Shown: positions 36,991 through 50,400 of the stretch, one piece after another
Position numbering within the stretch: position 1 is the stretch's first letter
How the letters are laid out: every line of letters begins with the position of its first letter
NCBI RefSeq assembly: GCF_031769215.1
Contig: NW_026782173.1
Location: 806,001 to 870,000, forward strand
Reading direction: 5' to 3'
DNA: 64,000 nt
Origin: Ylistrum balloti
Taxonomy: Eukaryota
Position numbers and translations under genes: made by a program
The notes under the pieces: model-generated
What the model was told of the DNA's origin: nothing
Databases searched by the model: none
Seen by the model: the letters and a program-made list of their open reading frames with translations, nothing else

Positions 36991-39900
36991 ATGGAAGTAA
37001 ATAATGACCTCTGTTACAATATGATATTGCACTGATAGGGGAACCTTTCAGGCAACTAATATCTTTTTTCAAATCACTGTAACGGAGATCGCGTGTCCTT
37101 TATAAAGGAACAATTAATGATTTGGTGAACGTCATTTCTCATTGTTTTAATTAAGGCAATTACGATCAGTTCGTACGGGGATTATTGTAAATATCACTAA
37201 ATACCATTGCATCCTGATCGATAGCAGACGTGCCAAGCAGCCAGGATTTCTCGCGAGTTTTTTTTTAGGTTTTTTATCCCCATTCCGATAAAATCTAGGT
37301 TCCAAGTCAATCTCGACTTTGGTTGTCCATAATAGCAACATATCTTATCTGAAAAAGACTAGTGCGCTTAACTAGAAAGGAAAGGGTGTTATATTGCACA
37401 TTCAAAACAACCAACAGTACCATTAGCAGTTCAAAGAAAATACGAAATATCTAAGCTAGAATAAAAAGAAAGAAGAAAAAAAAAGTGATAATTCAAATAT
37501 CTGAACACACCAATGTTTCAAGACAGTAAGGATTCTATCATTCGGGCATGTTTTTCTTAAATTCTTGTAAGAAAATAGTGTTTTCCCCAGTGGTGCGACC
37601 ATGACTTAATTGCTACTTTTAAGGAAAAGGGAAGCCGCACATACAAGGAAAATGTCAGGTGCGGCAACTGAAAGACCTCTCTGATGTATAAAACAGTATT
37701 AGTCAAAAATTCTTGCAACATGGATTCATGGATTAAGAGTAAGGAAAGGAAGCCCCTCATTGATATTAATATCGTAACAGTTGTCGGTATGAAGAAAATT
37801 CCACATAAAACACAGTATATAGTTAATGCATCATTTATCCTCTCTACATCTTAATTTATTTTTATCATTGTGCTTTTTAGGTCTGACGACAGCTGTCACA
37901 AGAGATTAGAGAAGATTTGCATTATCATTTTGATTAATTCAGTATAACTTGCTGCAACTACTAATGTTTTCTCTCCGCTGTAATATCACAACATGGACAC
38001 ACTATCATGAGGTTAGATCACAGTTTGAAATTGGATGATAGGAAGGATCTTAGATAGCCTTCATAAGTAGAAATATCAGTAAGGGTTAAGGTTAATTCCG
38101 AGTCAAGTGTGAGACAACTGATCAATATTAATAACTAACGACTTTAAATATCAATCAATAGAGAAATAACGGTCACTGCTTGGATTATCGATATCACAAC
38201 CAAAAGTTAGGTAACGCAAAATGATGTCTTATGAGCTAAAATATGCAATTTGACAATATCTCCGCATCAGATATTCTTTATAGACAGGTTGAATTGTTCA
38301 TATAGGTTGCTACTGATATTATCGGAACCTCCGGTATTCGGTATGGACATGCTTCCGGCGTATTTTTTATGGATTCAACTTTACATGTTTACAAGCACGA
38401 GAAAGAAAAATCCAACGCTAGGATGCAATGTATTTGACAGTAAATTATTGAGATGATGACAAGTCAAATCATATTTAAATGTTATCATGTATGTAGAACC
38501 ATAGAAATGTGTTGGTGGAGTTGTATTTCCAACTAAGAGGATTTCACCGATAGTCCAATATCTACTCAGCAGCCTCATCTTTACCTTAACATTTTTGTGA
38601 GGAAGTATGTCTTATTTATGACAGATATACACTACCGGCTTTTCTATTCTTATGTAACCACAGATATCGTTTGATAGGCAACCTTTATCTTCGCAACTGC
38701 GAAACTGTGAAAGTCATGTGGAGAGGGGGTTTAAGGATGACAGAACAATTCATCAGCGCCACGTTTATTGTGCCATTGCACTAAAACACCGTTGTCTAGA
38801 CAACATACTTACTAGTAATAAATCAGATAAGTAAACTACGACCGATTTTGTATACTTTGGTTTGTCCTAGTCAGAAGAGAAACCAAACATACCTTGCTTC
38901 GACGGACTCCCAACACTGAAACCAAATGCGGTAAAAGTATTGCTAAGCGAGATGATACAAAGTATAAAAGTATTGAGGAGGTTAATCGCAACCTGCAGAC
39001 ATTCCAGAACCAAACTTTTCATTATTGTACATACAAGTCTATCAGTTCAACGAATATGTTTACATCAAATATTACCTACAGCATAAGGTTCCCTTAGTCA
39101 CATAATTGAAGAAATAAAAGATCACCTTTGCCCATGTGGTAATAATTGGTAAAGAATTTCATCTCTTTCTTTTTATCAAGAAGGTTAATTGCATCGTTGC
39201 GATAAAATTTGAAAAAATTTGAAAAAAAAACAAATTTTTTCTTCCTTGATAAGGTTTAATAAAAACAACAAAGAAAATACCATGTCAACAAAGTCTTTCG
39301 ATCTCAAAATTGATGAATTAAAGGCAAAATAAGAATTAAACATAAACACAATGAAATCCCTGATATTAATCTCTCCAAAAGTGCATTACGGTACCTCATT
39401 TTGACTGTTAAGGACTGTTCCAGAAGTTAAAGCATCTGCAAACGTTTAGCACTGACTGTGGCAATGATATGTCTGTTCTTGTTATAGCCGATATGCCTTT
39501 CTACGTATCTAAGCTTTGTACATATTCTCCTACAAATTCAAAATTCAAAATTCAATTTAAACAGCATTTGTAATAAGCTGGTCAGTTTAGCTGTTATAAC
39601 TACAATCAGTACTCAGCATCAGTCTGCTTGTTTACAAATTAATGTTTTTCTATTTTTAAAAAACATTTTTGTCGTGAAGAATATTACATGAAATATCATT
39701 TCATATCAGTCGATGTCAATTCGGAGACAACACAAGACAACAATATAACGATATTTATCTTCTTCTCTTCGACGTTTTCTCAAGATGACAATATATTATG
39801 TTAGATTCAAGATGTTCTACGTCTTTTAAAAAAATTAAGAATCCTTGTCTCACCAGTGGCAGAAACAATCTGTCAGTGTTTTCCTCTACATCTAACCGAC

Positions 39901-40565
39901 TTAATTTTTTCACTGCGTTGATTCATTTACTTGAAAGCTGTATTTAATAACATGGAGAACAGATCCTATCAGGAAGTCATTCCTCTCGGGTTATCCTTAA
40001 GAATACACTGCAACAATATACATTGTTTACGCGAGCGAAATCCTACCGAAATGCTTGATACTGAAATATAAGAACACTGTAAAAGGAACACATTGTTTTA
40101 ATGTGTTTTATTTTCTTTACTACTAATACAATTTCTCTTTCATCAATGTATCTCGTTTTCATTAAATTTTGTGATAAATGTCAATTACAAGTCTGGTAGG
40201 CTTTCCCTATATCAATCTCCTATTGCCATTGTGGAGTTTTCATTGTATATATCAGGCGTTTAGAGATCAATCCGTTATATAGACAATCATTTACAGATCA
40301 TACAATCTGTTTTGATTACACTGAAACTTCATCCTAAGTTTGTTTTGTCAAAGGTAATTGAAATGTTTATGAGGAGACACAACCTGAAGAATTCCTCAGA
40401 AGCAAATAAGTACCTGATATTGACATGATTCAGAAACTAATTAAGGCTTATGCATTAAAGAATACAATAGTTAACTCTCGATATCAGTTAAGTGCTTAAA
40501 TCTATCTCATGCGGTTTGATATTGGCAGCAAATGACATTTAAATTTTTTGTTTTGTTTTACAAGG

Positions 40566-40603
40566 TGTAACGTCCCCGCAAGAGCCACGGTCATATGAGG
40601 ACG
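40566..40603 (-). mobile_element. SINE 3'-end relic
   Basis: tgtaacgtccccgcaagagccacggtcatatgaggacg is the reverse complement of a 3' end like the 29280-29320 copy and shares agccacggtcatatga with 62855-62901. Confidence 0.4.
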
Positions 40604-43267
40604 TGTGTCATAAAACGAATATAAAGATTGGAAAACAAAGCATAAAGCGAACAAAGAAAAGAAAAAAAAGAGAGAAAAAGGCCTAGATCACAACTATTGC
40701 AATTCAGACATGACTCCAGGTTTATGCTCCCAGAGAATACAGAGTGCAAACTCACGATATCCGTGAAGTGCATGTATATAGCAAATAGAGATTGATATTG
40801 TCTTCATCCATACGAAAAGTCTGTCAACATTTAAAGACATCAAGGTCTACACAAGAAAGAGTTTTTTTTTCAAAAGATATATCTTTAGACAAAAACATCA
40901 TAACGCGAACACGACCATTTTTTTCTATCTTAAATGATAGGCTTGATATACATTTCTCCAGCATACAGTAACCATGAAATCCATATTCTTCTTACAGAAT
41001 GATGTCTCAGGCAGATGTCTTTGGTAAATATCAAAGTTTCCACACCACTCGATGAAATATGACTTTTTCAGCAAGAAACATACAACATCCTCTACATGTT
41101 TCAAGGTCTGTTAAATGTTAAATGTTGTATTGTCAACCAAGATATTATAAAATTCAGATAAATGGGTCAGCGATAATCTCGTTCAGCAACCATATGACCG
41201 TGTATAACTTGATGACGAATGGAAATATATATGAATGTGCATAATGACTGACCGATGATTAATTTCACTAGAATCTAACTAATTATATTACATGGATAAT
41301 CATATGTTCACTGCCAAGTGAAAATGCCATGGTTTACTTTGATATGCAAATTTATTGTTAAATTTTTCTACCCCTGGGGAGTTGCTAACATTTACACTAG
41401 GTGCTGGTATATTATTTAAGTGACTGCATCATTTCTGAAATATGACGACGGTGTCCTACAGATTGTGGGTACTACCCAGGGTCGCTTTTATGAGTAAAAC
41501 ATAACATAGAAATGACAGCATCCCATCCAATTAGGTCACAGTCCTCACTTCCTACAGATTTCAAACTGATTGTCAAGCAAGTTTGGACTTTTTCATTCGT
41601 CTTGCAACGGAACAAAACACATGGTTACCCTTCTTAAGCAAATACCTGACGCTAAAGCCAAAGGTGAATTGTTGTAAATGAAATTTGAGAAGAAAACCAT
41701 TGTCAAAGATAAAGATCCCAAACTAACCCCCCATCTTTCGATCTTGCAATGAGGACTTATTATACTATACTTCGTTCATTCCAAATGGACAGTTCACTAA
41801 TATGTACCAATTTCAAATATTAAATAATTTCGCGTTTACCTTTTTTCGTAAAATATCATAGGTTCTGTATTAGGTAACGTCATATCAACAACTATAGTCA
41901 TTTTAGGACGATGGTATAAACACTTCGCATATCAAGCATAAAAAGAATAAAACGTATTGAAAGTAAATTTGCATGCGGCTGTTGTAATGGTAGGTTCTAG
42001 TTATCAAAACAAACAGACATTCAATCGATACTCTTGATTGATGTGCATATAACCTAATACCAGTGCGGACCATTTGTTTGGAGGTCATCAGTTATCTGTA
42101 TGTGACCTATGCCAAGTAAATAATATTTAGTAAATTCAGCAGAAGATTTGCTAAGTGTGAGTGTATTAACTGTCTATCAGCTGAAGATTTGTAATCGATC
42201 GGCGATCCCTATACATTGTCAGTAGTTTCACCTATCGTCTTGCAGGACGATACCAAATCGAGAAAGCGGTGAAGTCGGACTGTGATTGACAGTATTGACC
42301 CCTACAAGACGCCTGCTTGTCGAGAAAAGACATTTGTTTCACTAAAGGAATTACGGAGAAAATACGATTTTGGATTAGCTGTAGAGAGCAGTCGTGACTG
42401 TCGACCGAGTTATCAGGGGTCACGTGTTATCAAGTTACTGGTATGGCAAGATTTTATACATAACGAAATTCCACTTGAAGGTCATGTTTAAGAAATGCTG
42501 TTGTAGAATGTTGGCAATATTACAAAGTTTTTGATATGAACATTTCATCGTCTTGTTGCAATTACTATTTTTATTTTTTTTTAGAAAGTGTTGTTAAAAT
42601 TCGAGACCCGCTCATTAATGAAGAAGGGAAACTACCTGCACAAAAATGGTCGTTTTTGCATTAATTCGTTATGAAAAAAGTTCTTGAAGTTCCATTACTA
42701 AAGCTATACTACAACAGCATGTACAGATATTGTAAGATAAAGATATACGACCTTCTATTTTTCTGATGAAAAATTCCATATATACTAGACTAAATGAATA
42801 GTACTATAAAAGTAGACAATTACAATCTAACATCATATCACAGAAGAAATTAAAATATTTCCTAATAAGATCGAGATAAAACTTACCTGTAGTCTTTATC
42901 ACCCTATATCTCACCAATACATAATATGTAAGGTGTTGCGTTCAGATATATGGTGCTCTTGTAGTTAATGTCTTAAAATCAGGTACGTTATATTTCAATT
43001 CAGTATTAGACATCAGCTACCCCAAGCTTTATATATGGAACACTGTGAACTTAAAGACCCTGAGAGTAATTTTATATTTAAATATAATGTTAAGAATGCC
43101 GTAAAAATAATAATAATGAAAACCCCGTCAAAATCCGTCGCCCCAGTGTCGAGTTATTAAAGCTCAAAGTTGTCGATTTTCACCTGTTCGCCCAGACCTA
43201 ATTAGCCGAATCGTCATTTCCGCGGAATCGAGGCTCTTCTACTCGTGACGTCATAAGTTCCACAGAA

Positions 43268-43478
43268 ATGGCAGTCAACATGACTGACAGTGACAACGAC
43301 ACCGCAACCGAGAGCGATTTGAGCATGAGTTTTGTGGAGTCTGATTATGGTGTGAATGATGTGTCTGAAGACGGAATCCAGTCCTACCGATTTGAACTGG
43401 AATTACAAGACGAAGTATCCAGTGAGGAGGAAAATGACCCTTCGAAAAGTGACGATCGCTTGGGCAACATAGATTGGC
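43268..43478 (+). pseudogene. First exon of a Kolobok accessory protein (P2X7 C-terminal-like Cys-rich family), truncated
   Basis: Acidic N-terminus, then GIQSYRFEL...DRLGNIDW, matching the recalled family pattern GIQPYxFEP...RLGNTDWC.CG.C. Similarity stops at TG|GCACGT, possibly a mutated GT donor. Confidence 0.55.
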
Positions 43479-44360
43479 ACGTACTTCACTGGGTCTCACC
43501 AGTAGTCGTGAAAGTAGTCGAACAGTGAATCGTCGTTTCAAAGAAACAAAATAAAATTGGGTGTGGTTTTGGACTAATTTTACTATCTTCAAGTCTCGAT
43601 CAACAATTTCTAACGTCGGGAAATCGCGTTTGTGCAAGACTATGCATACATTCACGAGGTGTCGGGAATTTTCTTACCGAAGAAGTTTCGTCCGAGGGGA
43701 ATTTTTCTTTCCAGGGAATTTTCGTAGCACTATGGATATATATAGATAGGGTGTCAACAACCAATTATAACACCCTCCGCTGTGTTAATAATACAAATTT
43801 GATGTTTTAGAAGTTTAAACAATTATTTGACTGGTTTTTACCCTAGCACTGGTACGCGTCTGTTGTTAGCCGACAGGCGTGTCGCCTCACAGGTGTCACA
43901 ATTGTTTTTTCCAGCCACAGAGGTGCTAATTGTGAGTTTTGATAACGTCTCTACACTGTGAACTGTGTTTTCAAATCAAGATTGGTGATCTTATTGTTAT
44001 TTTTGCGATCGCAAAATTAATAACTAAACAACATAGTCTGCTGGAAGATCTAAAAACCAAATACACCTTATACAAACAACATACACACATAACCTATTCT
44101 GTAAATTCTAATAATTCTATTCTATACTACATAATAGTAGTATGAAAATTCTCGGGGTGAAAATTCCCGTGACCCATTCACGACTAGGCCTTCTCCGAGT
44201 ATTAGGCGTTCACGATTACGAAGGAATAATATTCCTATGACCGCCCAAGTCATAGGCTAGCCTATCAATTTAAAATGTATAGTTGTAGAATTAATAACAA
44301 AATATCAACCTAACAAATATACTTTTATTTAATCAACAATCAGTTTTATTTATCGACGTC

Positions 44361-44427
44361 ATGCATCGACACCCCATCCGTGTTAGGACAACCATACACA
44401 CCGCTTCCCTCCTCGATAGGAAGCCAT
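44361..44427 (-). pseudogene. Frameshifted N-terminus of a THAP zinc-finger transposase
   Basis: aaaATG gives MASYRGGKRCV, then after a 1-nt frameshift GCPNTDGVSMH. This fits the THAP start C-x2-4-C...VSxHxFP. Confidence 0.55.
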
Positions 44428-47400
44428 TTTAGCGGATTTAAGCGCTAATTCACCGACCCCTCGTTCACTACCTTAGACATTGCGAAGATGTGAAGTACTT
44501 TCACGTAAATAAACAAAGAAATTACCACGGAAAATCCCAAAATAGATCACAATCACATGTAGCACAGTAAAGACAATATGGCTGCATCAACAAAAGCGTT
44601 GAACTTATGACGTCACAGGTTTGGGTGCCCGATAACGAGGTCAACGCCTCTCAGCCCAAGGTGTGTTTTTCAGAAAAATCGCAATTTCTCAGTAACGGAA
44701 CATTCCACGGCATTCGCGTTTTCGGCATAGTGTATTTTATGTGCAGAACTATTTTTCAAGGTCAACATAGCTGACCTCTCAGGGTACACTTTAAAATCTG
44801 TTGTTAAATCTCTTATTCAAAACCGTTAGTTTGTCTTCGTAAACCGCCGCCCACTTTCCGATAAACATGGGCAAATTACAAACAAACCGGGAGGTGTGTA
44901 TTGTATATTTGATATAATAGGTGACCTTCTTAGCCTTCTTAAGCCAGTAAACATTCCGAAAACAAAATGAATACAAACGTCAGCGAATGACGTGAATTAT
45001 CACTTAGAAGAGATTCAATGTGGCACGAGCCTGCTGTCTGAAAACAGGTCCTGTGATTCGTGTACCGGATAACCCTGTGTTACACGTGTAGGAACATTCT
45101 ATGACCTATGAATCTACGGGTGTACTTTATGAACTAACCCAATGACGCTTCTCACCCACCTGCCAACATCGTCTATATCACCAGGATCGACCTCACGGGT
45201 CCTACGCCAGGCTATCATTCCTCGTGACATGTCTTTATGTGTATATAGATAACATTTACTGTCAGAATTCCGTTGTTGTCCTTGCATTAGCGTGAACATA
45301 AAACTTTCTAATATTAAACATCTTAAACTTAGAATTTGAAATATAAAATTATTCAATGTTATACGTATGGCAAAAGTGATTAACACGTCGAAATGTTCAG
45401 TGTTCATGTCATCAAGATAGATGGCTTCAGGAATGTTTCCGGTTTAGGAGCCGAATCAAGATAAATTCTTCGACAAATCATATTAGTTTTCTCATGGGCT
45501 TTGAACGTCTGAGCTGGCAGTTGCAATTAGTTGGCACTAACGACCTGGATATGACGAAATGTTATCTCAAAGACTCACAGGAGCCTAGACACTGGTCAAA
45601 ATCAGGAAGACCTGAGGCATAACACAGCTTTGTCCTAGGGTTTGTAGTCCCCAGATGAAGTTTAGATTGTTTTGCTTTAGGTTCTATGTTCTCGGAACAG
45701 CTAGAGTCATATGAAGACGGTGTTCACGGCTGAGGAATGTACATACCGACGATTGATAGTGCCATCACACTGAAATGATTCAAGAGTTAAAGCTCTTGGC
45801 TAACTAGAGCAAATAAATATAAAATACTTAACAACAACAGGACAAAAATTAAACTAAAATAATTAAGACAATAACATTGAAAGGATAATTGTGAGCTATG
45901 TACAAACGTATGTAAAGATGGAATGTGATGGAGAATATTCCATTGCTAGTCAATCCTGTGCACACGACTCATTACAAAATGGAGAAAGTTCTGTGGTGAG
46001 TGAAAGTGGCAAAATAAATCTAAATACTTGACAATTTTGGAATTTTAATTTGCTCTCTAGCTGGCCACTTTCATTTTTAAATGCCTTTATCTGCAGTAAC
46101 TTGGCAATTGATTTGGTGTTTAGTGTCATTTGACTGAGAACTGAAGTAATTAGAGTTTGTTCATCTTGACTGAGATAGAGTTGTCATTGTGAGACAAGTT
46201 TTAGCCGTTGCCAGTGTAAATTTAATTTCAGTGAGATGTCCTGTTACACTATCCAGGTTATTCTTCAGTGTAAATAACGCCCATCCTAACGTATACCAAG
46301 GAGCATTATACATAGCAACCAGAGAACTTTTGATTAGCCAAACTAAAAATACATTTTACTGTTAATGCGTTTTAATCGATAAGATACACATAGTATTTCT
46401 TTGTCAAATTTTCAACTCACTGTATTTTTTCAAGCGTCTTCATTTTAATATTTCAATGTCGATATTTTCCCGTCGTTTCAAATATTTAGAATTTGAATAT
46501 TCTTTACATTATTGTTTAGTTATAAGTTATATTTGTTGGATATTGGCCGTAAAATGTAAATTATGATTAATCTTCATAATTGGCGATCCTTACCAATATT
46601 GTTTGTTTGTGGTATTATATTTTCGAAAAGGCTAAGACCTTAAATACACAGATCATCAGACATTATGAGCATTTGGCGGCATTCATCCGCTTTGACTACG
46701 CATGCTTTTATTTTCATCATACCGACATCATTACACCATGTGTTTTGCTCACTTATTAAGTAAATTTCTCTATTTAACTTCGCTGCCAGTAGAAGGCTAA
46801 GCATTCGAGTTATTGATCCGCTATACTCATGTCGTTGTTATTTCGATTATTTTTCGTTTTTCGACAGAATTTATTGCAACTAATCATTACATGTATTAAT
46901 CGATTATACGCTTTATTGATTGCTAATCGTCATTGAAGCGCCCAGCACAGGAACACACACACAGAGTCGCACCGAAAAGAATTGTACCAATTAATTTACT
47001 AACCTATGCAATGTGGCTGAAATCTTGTATGTAAGGATGCCTCCAGAAGCTGTGCACACCCTGAAGAGTTTTGACTCCAACGGCAGATGTATGTCTCAAT
47101 AGCAAACACATCACTGGTGCTCCTCAAGGCCAACTGGATTGTAGACCTATTGTGAAGTAGAATAGCCCAATTGGTCCTTATAAGGACATTTGATAATGAG
47201 ATACATAAACTCGACCGTAAGTCGAGCAATTTGAAAACAAAAATAACATGGCGTATTAGGGCATTAGCACAGACACAACGATATCAGTGGTGAACTGTCA
47301 GCGGCGTCATTGTACAAATTTACACGATACCTCTGGTGCTACCTGATTTTCAAACAGATTGATTATCAGGTTTAATACATTCGACATGATATAATAACAT

Positions 47401-50400
47401 CTTATGTGGTTATCAAATTAAAAAAAGGAAGTTATATTACAAGTGAATTAACAGAGTTGTCTGTCTGTTGCTAAGCATTGGATAAGATACAGAAGGACTT
47501 GTTCAGTATTATCTCAGTCGGGAGGCGTATATCAACCTCACTTGAGCAATATTTTTTGTTATTCTTTTTTCAACGACCTTTGCATCCGCTTTGTGGCATT
47601 TCAGTAGACAAGAAAATGTAATAAAGTACAAGGAATGAAAGTGGACAAGAGAGATACGGAATAGGATAGAGATGGAGGCGACTGATCTTGTGTTCCTATG
47701 AACAAATATTACCTTTTATCGACTCAGAGCCCTAACCTAAGCCTGACCACTCGAAACCAGCTACACCAATACAAGAACGAACATCACACGCAAAGCATGC
47801 ATGGAAAGGCATTTTGTTGTTCTTTTTCACGTTTGTTTCTATAAATCTATTCTTGTCGATGCTTCCTGATGCTTTCATCAATTCTGAACTAAAAATTATG
47901 ATACATTGTACATGTGTTGATATTCCTTTTGGAGTTTGTAAAGAAACTAACTTAATTATTGATAATCATTGCAGCAATGCGAATTTCTTTTATTTCTAAA
48001 ATAATTTTTCCAATTCTATTCCTTGTGTAAGACCACACTTTGAGTCAATTCGGTAGTCTTATGCACGTTTCCTTGATATATAACGTATTTACTAGCATGT
48101 CTGCTTGATTTATAGCGATTAACACAGAAGGAACGGAACTTGGGTAAATGGTTATTTGCATACTAGACTGTGCAATAAGGAAATAAACACATCACGTTTT
48201 CGCAGACTTGATAGTGCCTTATCATTGCAGATATATTCATGACTTTGGTGCCATATATTTTCGTTTTGTAGCTACTGTGAAATGTCAACTGATGACTATA
48301 TACCATTTTGTAAAATAACTGTAAATAACTAATTGAAATGGAATAGAAGAAAATTGTTTATGGAAATAAATTTTTGTACACGGAAAACATAGCTAATAGA
48401 TATAGACGCAGATTTCCAAAGATTTATCATAAAGTAGACAGGGTATTGATTTTTCACTAGAACCCAGAATCTTAAAAAATGGAATGAGTTCACAGGGATG
48501 ATATTGAACGGACCATTTTGTTTGATGCTAAATAAAATAGCACTGATTATCGATTATAATCTTGCTGTATTAGACCTCATTAGGCTAATGATATTTTAAG
48601 GTACCTGATGTGTGACTGATATTTTCCAGATAACAAAAACAAACATATATTTCAATATGAGTTCGCAATTCATCTGTGACAACATTAACGAAATTGCTTC
48701 AAGCTAATACAATATAATACAGCTTTTTCCCAGACAAATCTTTATTTTTCCAGTGTTCTGCCCTCAGCTTTCTGGGAAGGAGTTTTACAATGCAGTTGTA
48801 AACATGTTCATTATCAGGTGTCTCCAAACAAAAACGCCACTCTTGGCTTAATACCTTGCTTCAGGTCTTACTATTGCTTATCCGTCAGGGACGGGATTGC
48901 CTATGTTCTTTATACAAAACATGAGTTATCGTCTTCTCACCAGCTTTATATATTTACATTCTATTTACATGTACAAGTATGTCATCAGTATATTAAATTG
49001 TAGTATATGAGACTGTAAACTGTGATTCATAATCATTCGGTCTATGTAGGAATACAGCTCGACTAGATGTTTCTCCGGTAAACAAAAATGGCCGCTGGTC
49101 ACTGTTGGAATCAATAAACCGACCTATAGGAATTTACTCCGACATGAAGAGGCTACAAATTTTGAGAAAACAAATCAATCATCAAAAACGTGGTTTACAC
49201 CAGAAATTCTTATTTCAAAGCGAAATGCATACAAGAATACGACGTTTGTCAATGTCTGATAGACAGCGATCTGACATAGATGATTTTTTTACAAATTAAA
49301 AATTGTTTTTTGTTTCAAACAAACGGAAACAATAAAAAACATAATTACACATTTCTGTAAAACAAAAATCATTAACTCATGCTATTCAATATGATTGTTG
49401 TAAATGATGACAAGTATATATTATTTTTATTATTTCGGTTGTTCTAAGATATGAACATGCTGACGTCAGTATTTTGACTGTATTTCCGTCTGCGGGAAAT
49501 TACTTTTGTTTCAGTTTACGAAAATCATATATGATAGACAATACCATTTAGCGGGCAACATTTCATTTTTAAGTAATCTATCAAAAAAGATTTGTAAAGT
49601 TTGACCGGATGGGAAATCAAGTAACCTGTCCTGGTTCCGACATTTCAGTGCGAAGACACTATAAAATACGACCTCTGAATAACTCATACATCCAAGGACA
49701 CCGTATTAATTTCAAGGAAGTGAAACGAACGTCAATATATCAGGATGTATATCAAGTTAACCTACTCCTAATTCTGGTATTGCAATGAATTTCTAAGATT
49801 GTACAAAAACTAGACATTAAAGTGAATAATATTTTCAATGCCAATTTACAATTGTAAACAAAAGGAGTCAAGAATTACTCAAACTGTATCATACTAACGG
49901 TTATGCTAATGACCTTTATTTTAAAACCCAGAAGAATCCCGAGGAAAAATCGAAATCGATCGAAAGAAATATCAACATTTAGATAGATGGGAAGGTGCAC
50001 ATTCTCCACAAACTCGTTATTTTTTTACGATATCCATTATAATTTCAAATAAAAATTAGGTTGTATGTTTTCATACTGAACCGTTCCTCTATTCGAATGA
50101 ATTAAAAGTGATATACAGAGATCAATTATCGATAATGTGAGATATGAAGCAGTAGAACTATTTTCATAAATATCAGTCAAGGTAACATTTGTAATAATGT
50201 GATTGTATGCTGGTAAAGAGCCAAAGTTGGTTTTCACGTGCTCAATTATATAGATGATGAACACTTAGAACTTGAACCTGGTCTCAGCCTCCTTTTACGT
50301 TTAAAGGCGTCCTTGTATAAATATTAATTTCTTTCATAATTTCCCCTTTTAATCGATTGCTTTGTACCTTTTGAACCTAGATTGTTTACATATCAATATT

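Larger units (their letters stand above)
43055..44790. mobile_element. Internally deleted Kolobok-like DNA transposon (1736 bp)
   Basis: TTAA on both sides (43051-43054, 44791-44794); AG...CT ends; imperfect TIR sharing ACCCTGAGAG; perfect 16-bp subterminal inverted repeat; convergent relics of an accessory gene and a THAP-domain gene. Confidence 0.7.

Noticed and set aside
42246-42440. Exon with good splice sites and a single in-frame TGA (42270-42272), considered as selenocysteine
   Set aside because: No selenoprotein motif or SECIS noticed, and the other frames are also closed.
45494-45622. VGTNDL motif like the SGNH esterase of CR1/L2 ORF1
   Set aside because: A single short motif in a 42-codon ORF with no other blocks.
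49980-50264. Fragments resembling Penelope RT (TASYL; NNEFVENVHL.IY)
   Set aside because: The two motifs occur in the wrong order relative to the family consensus and similarity is weak.
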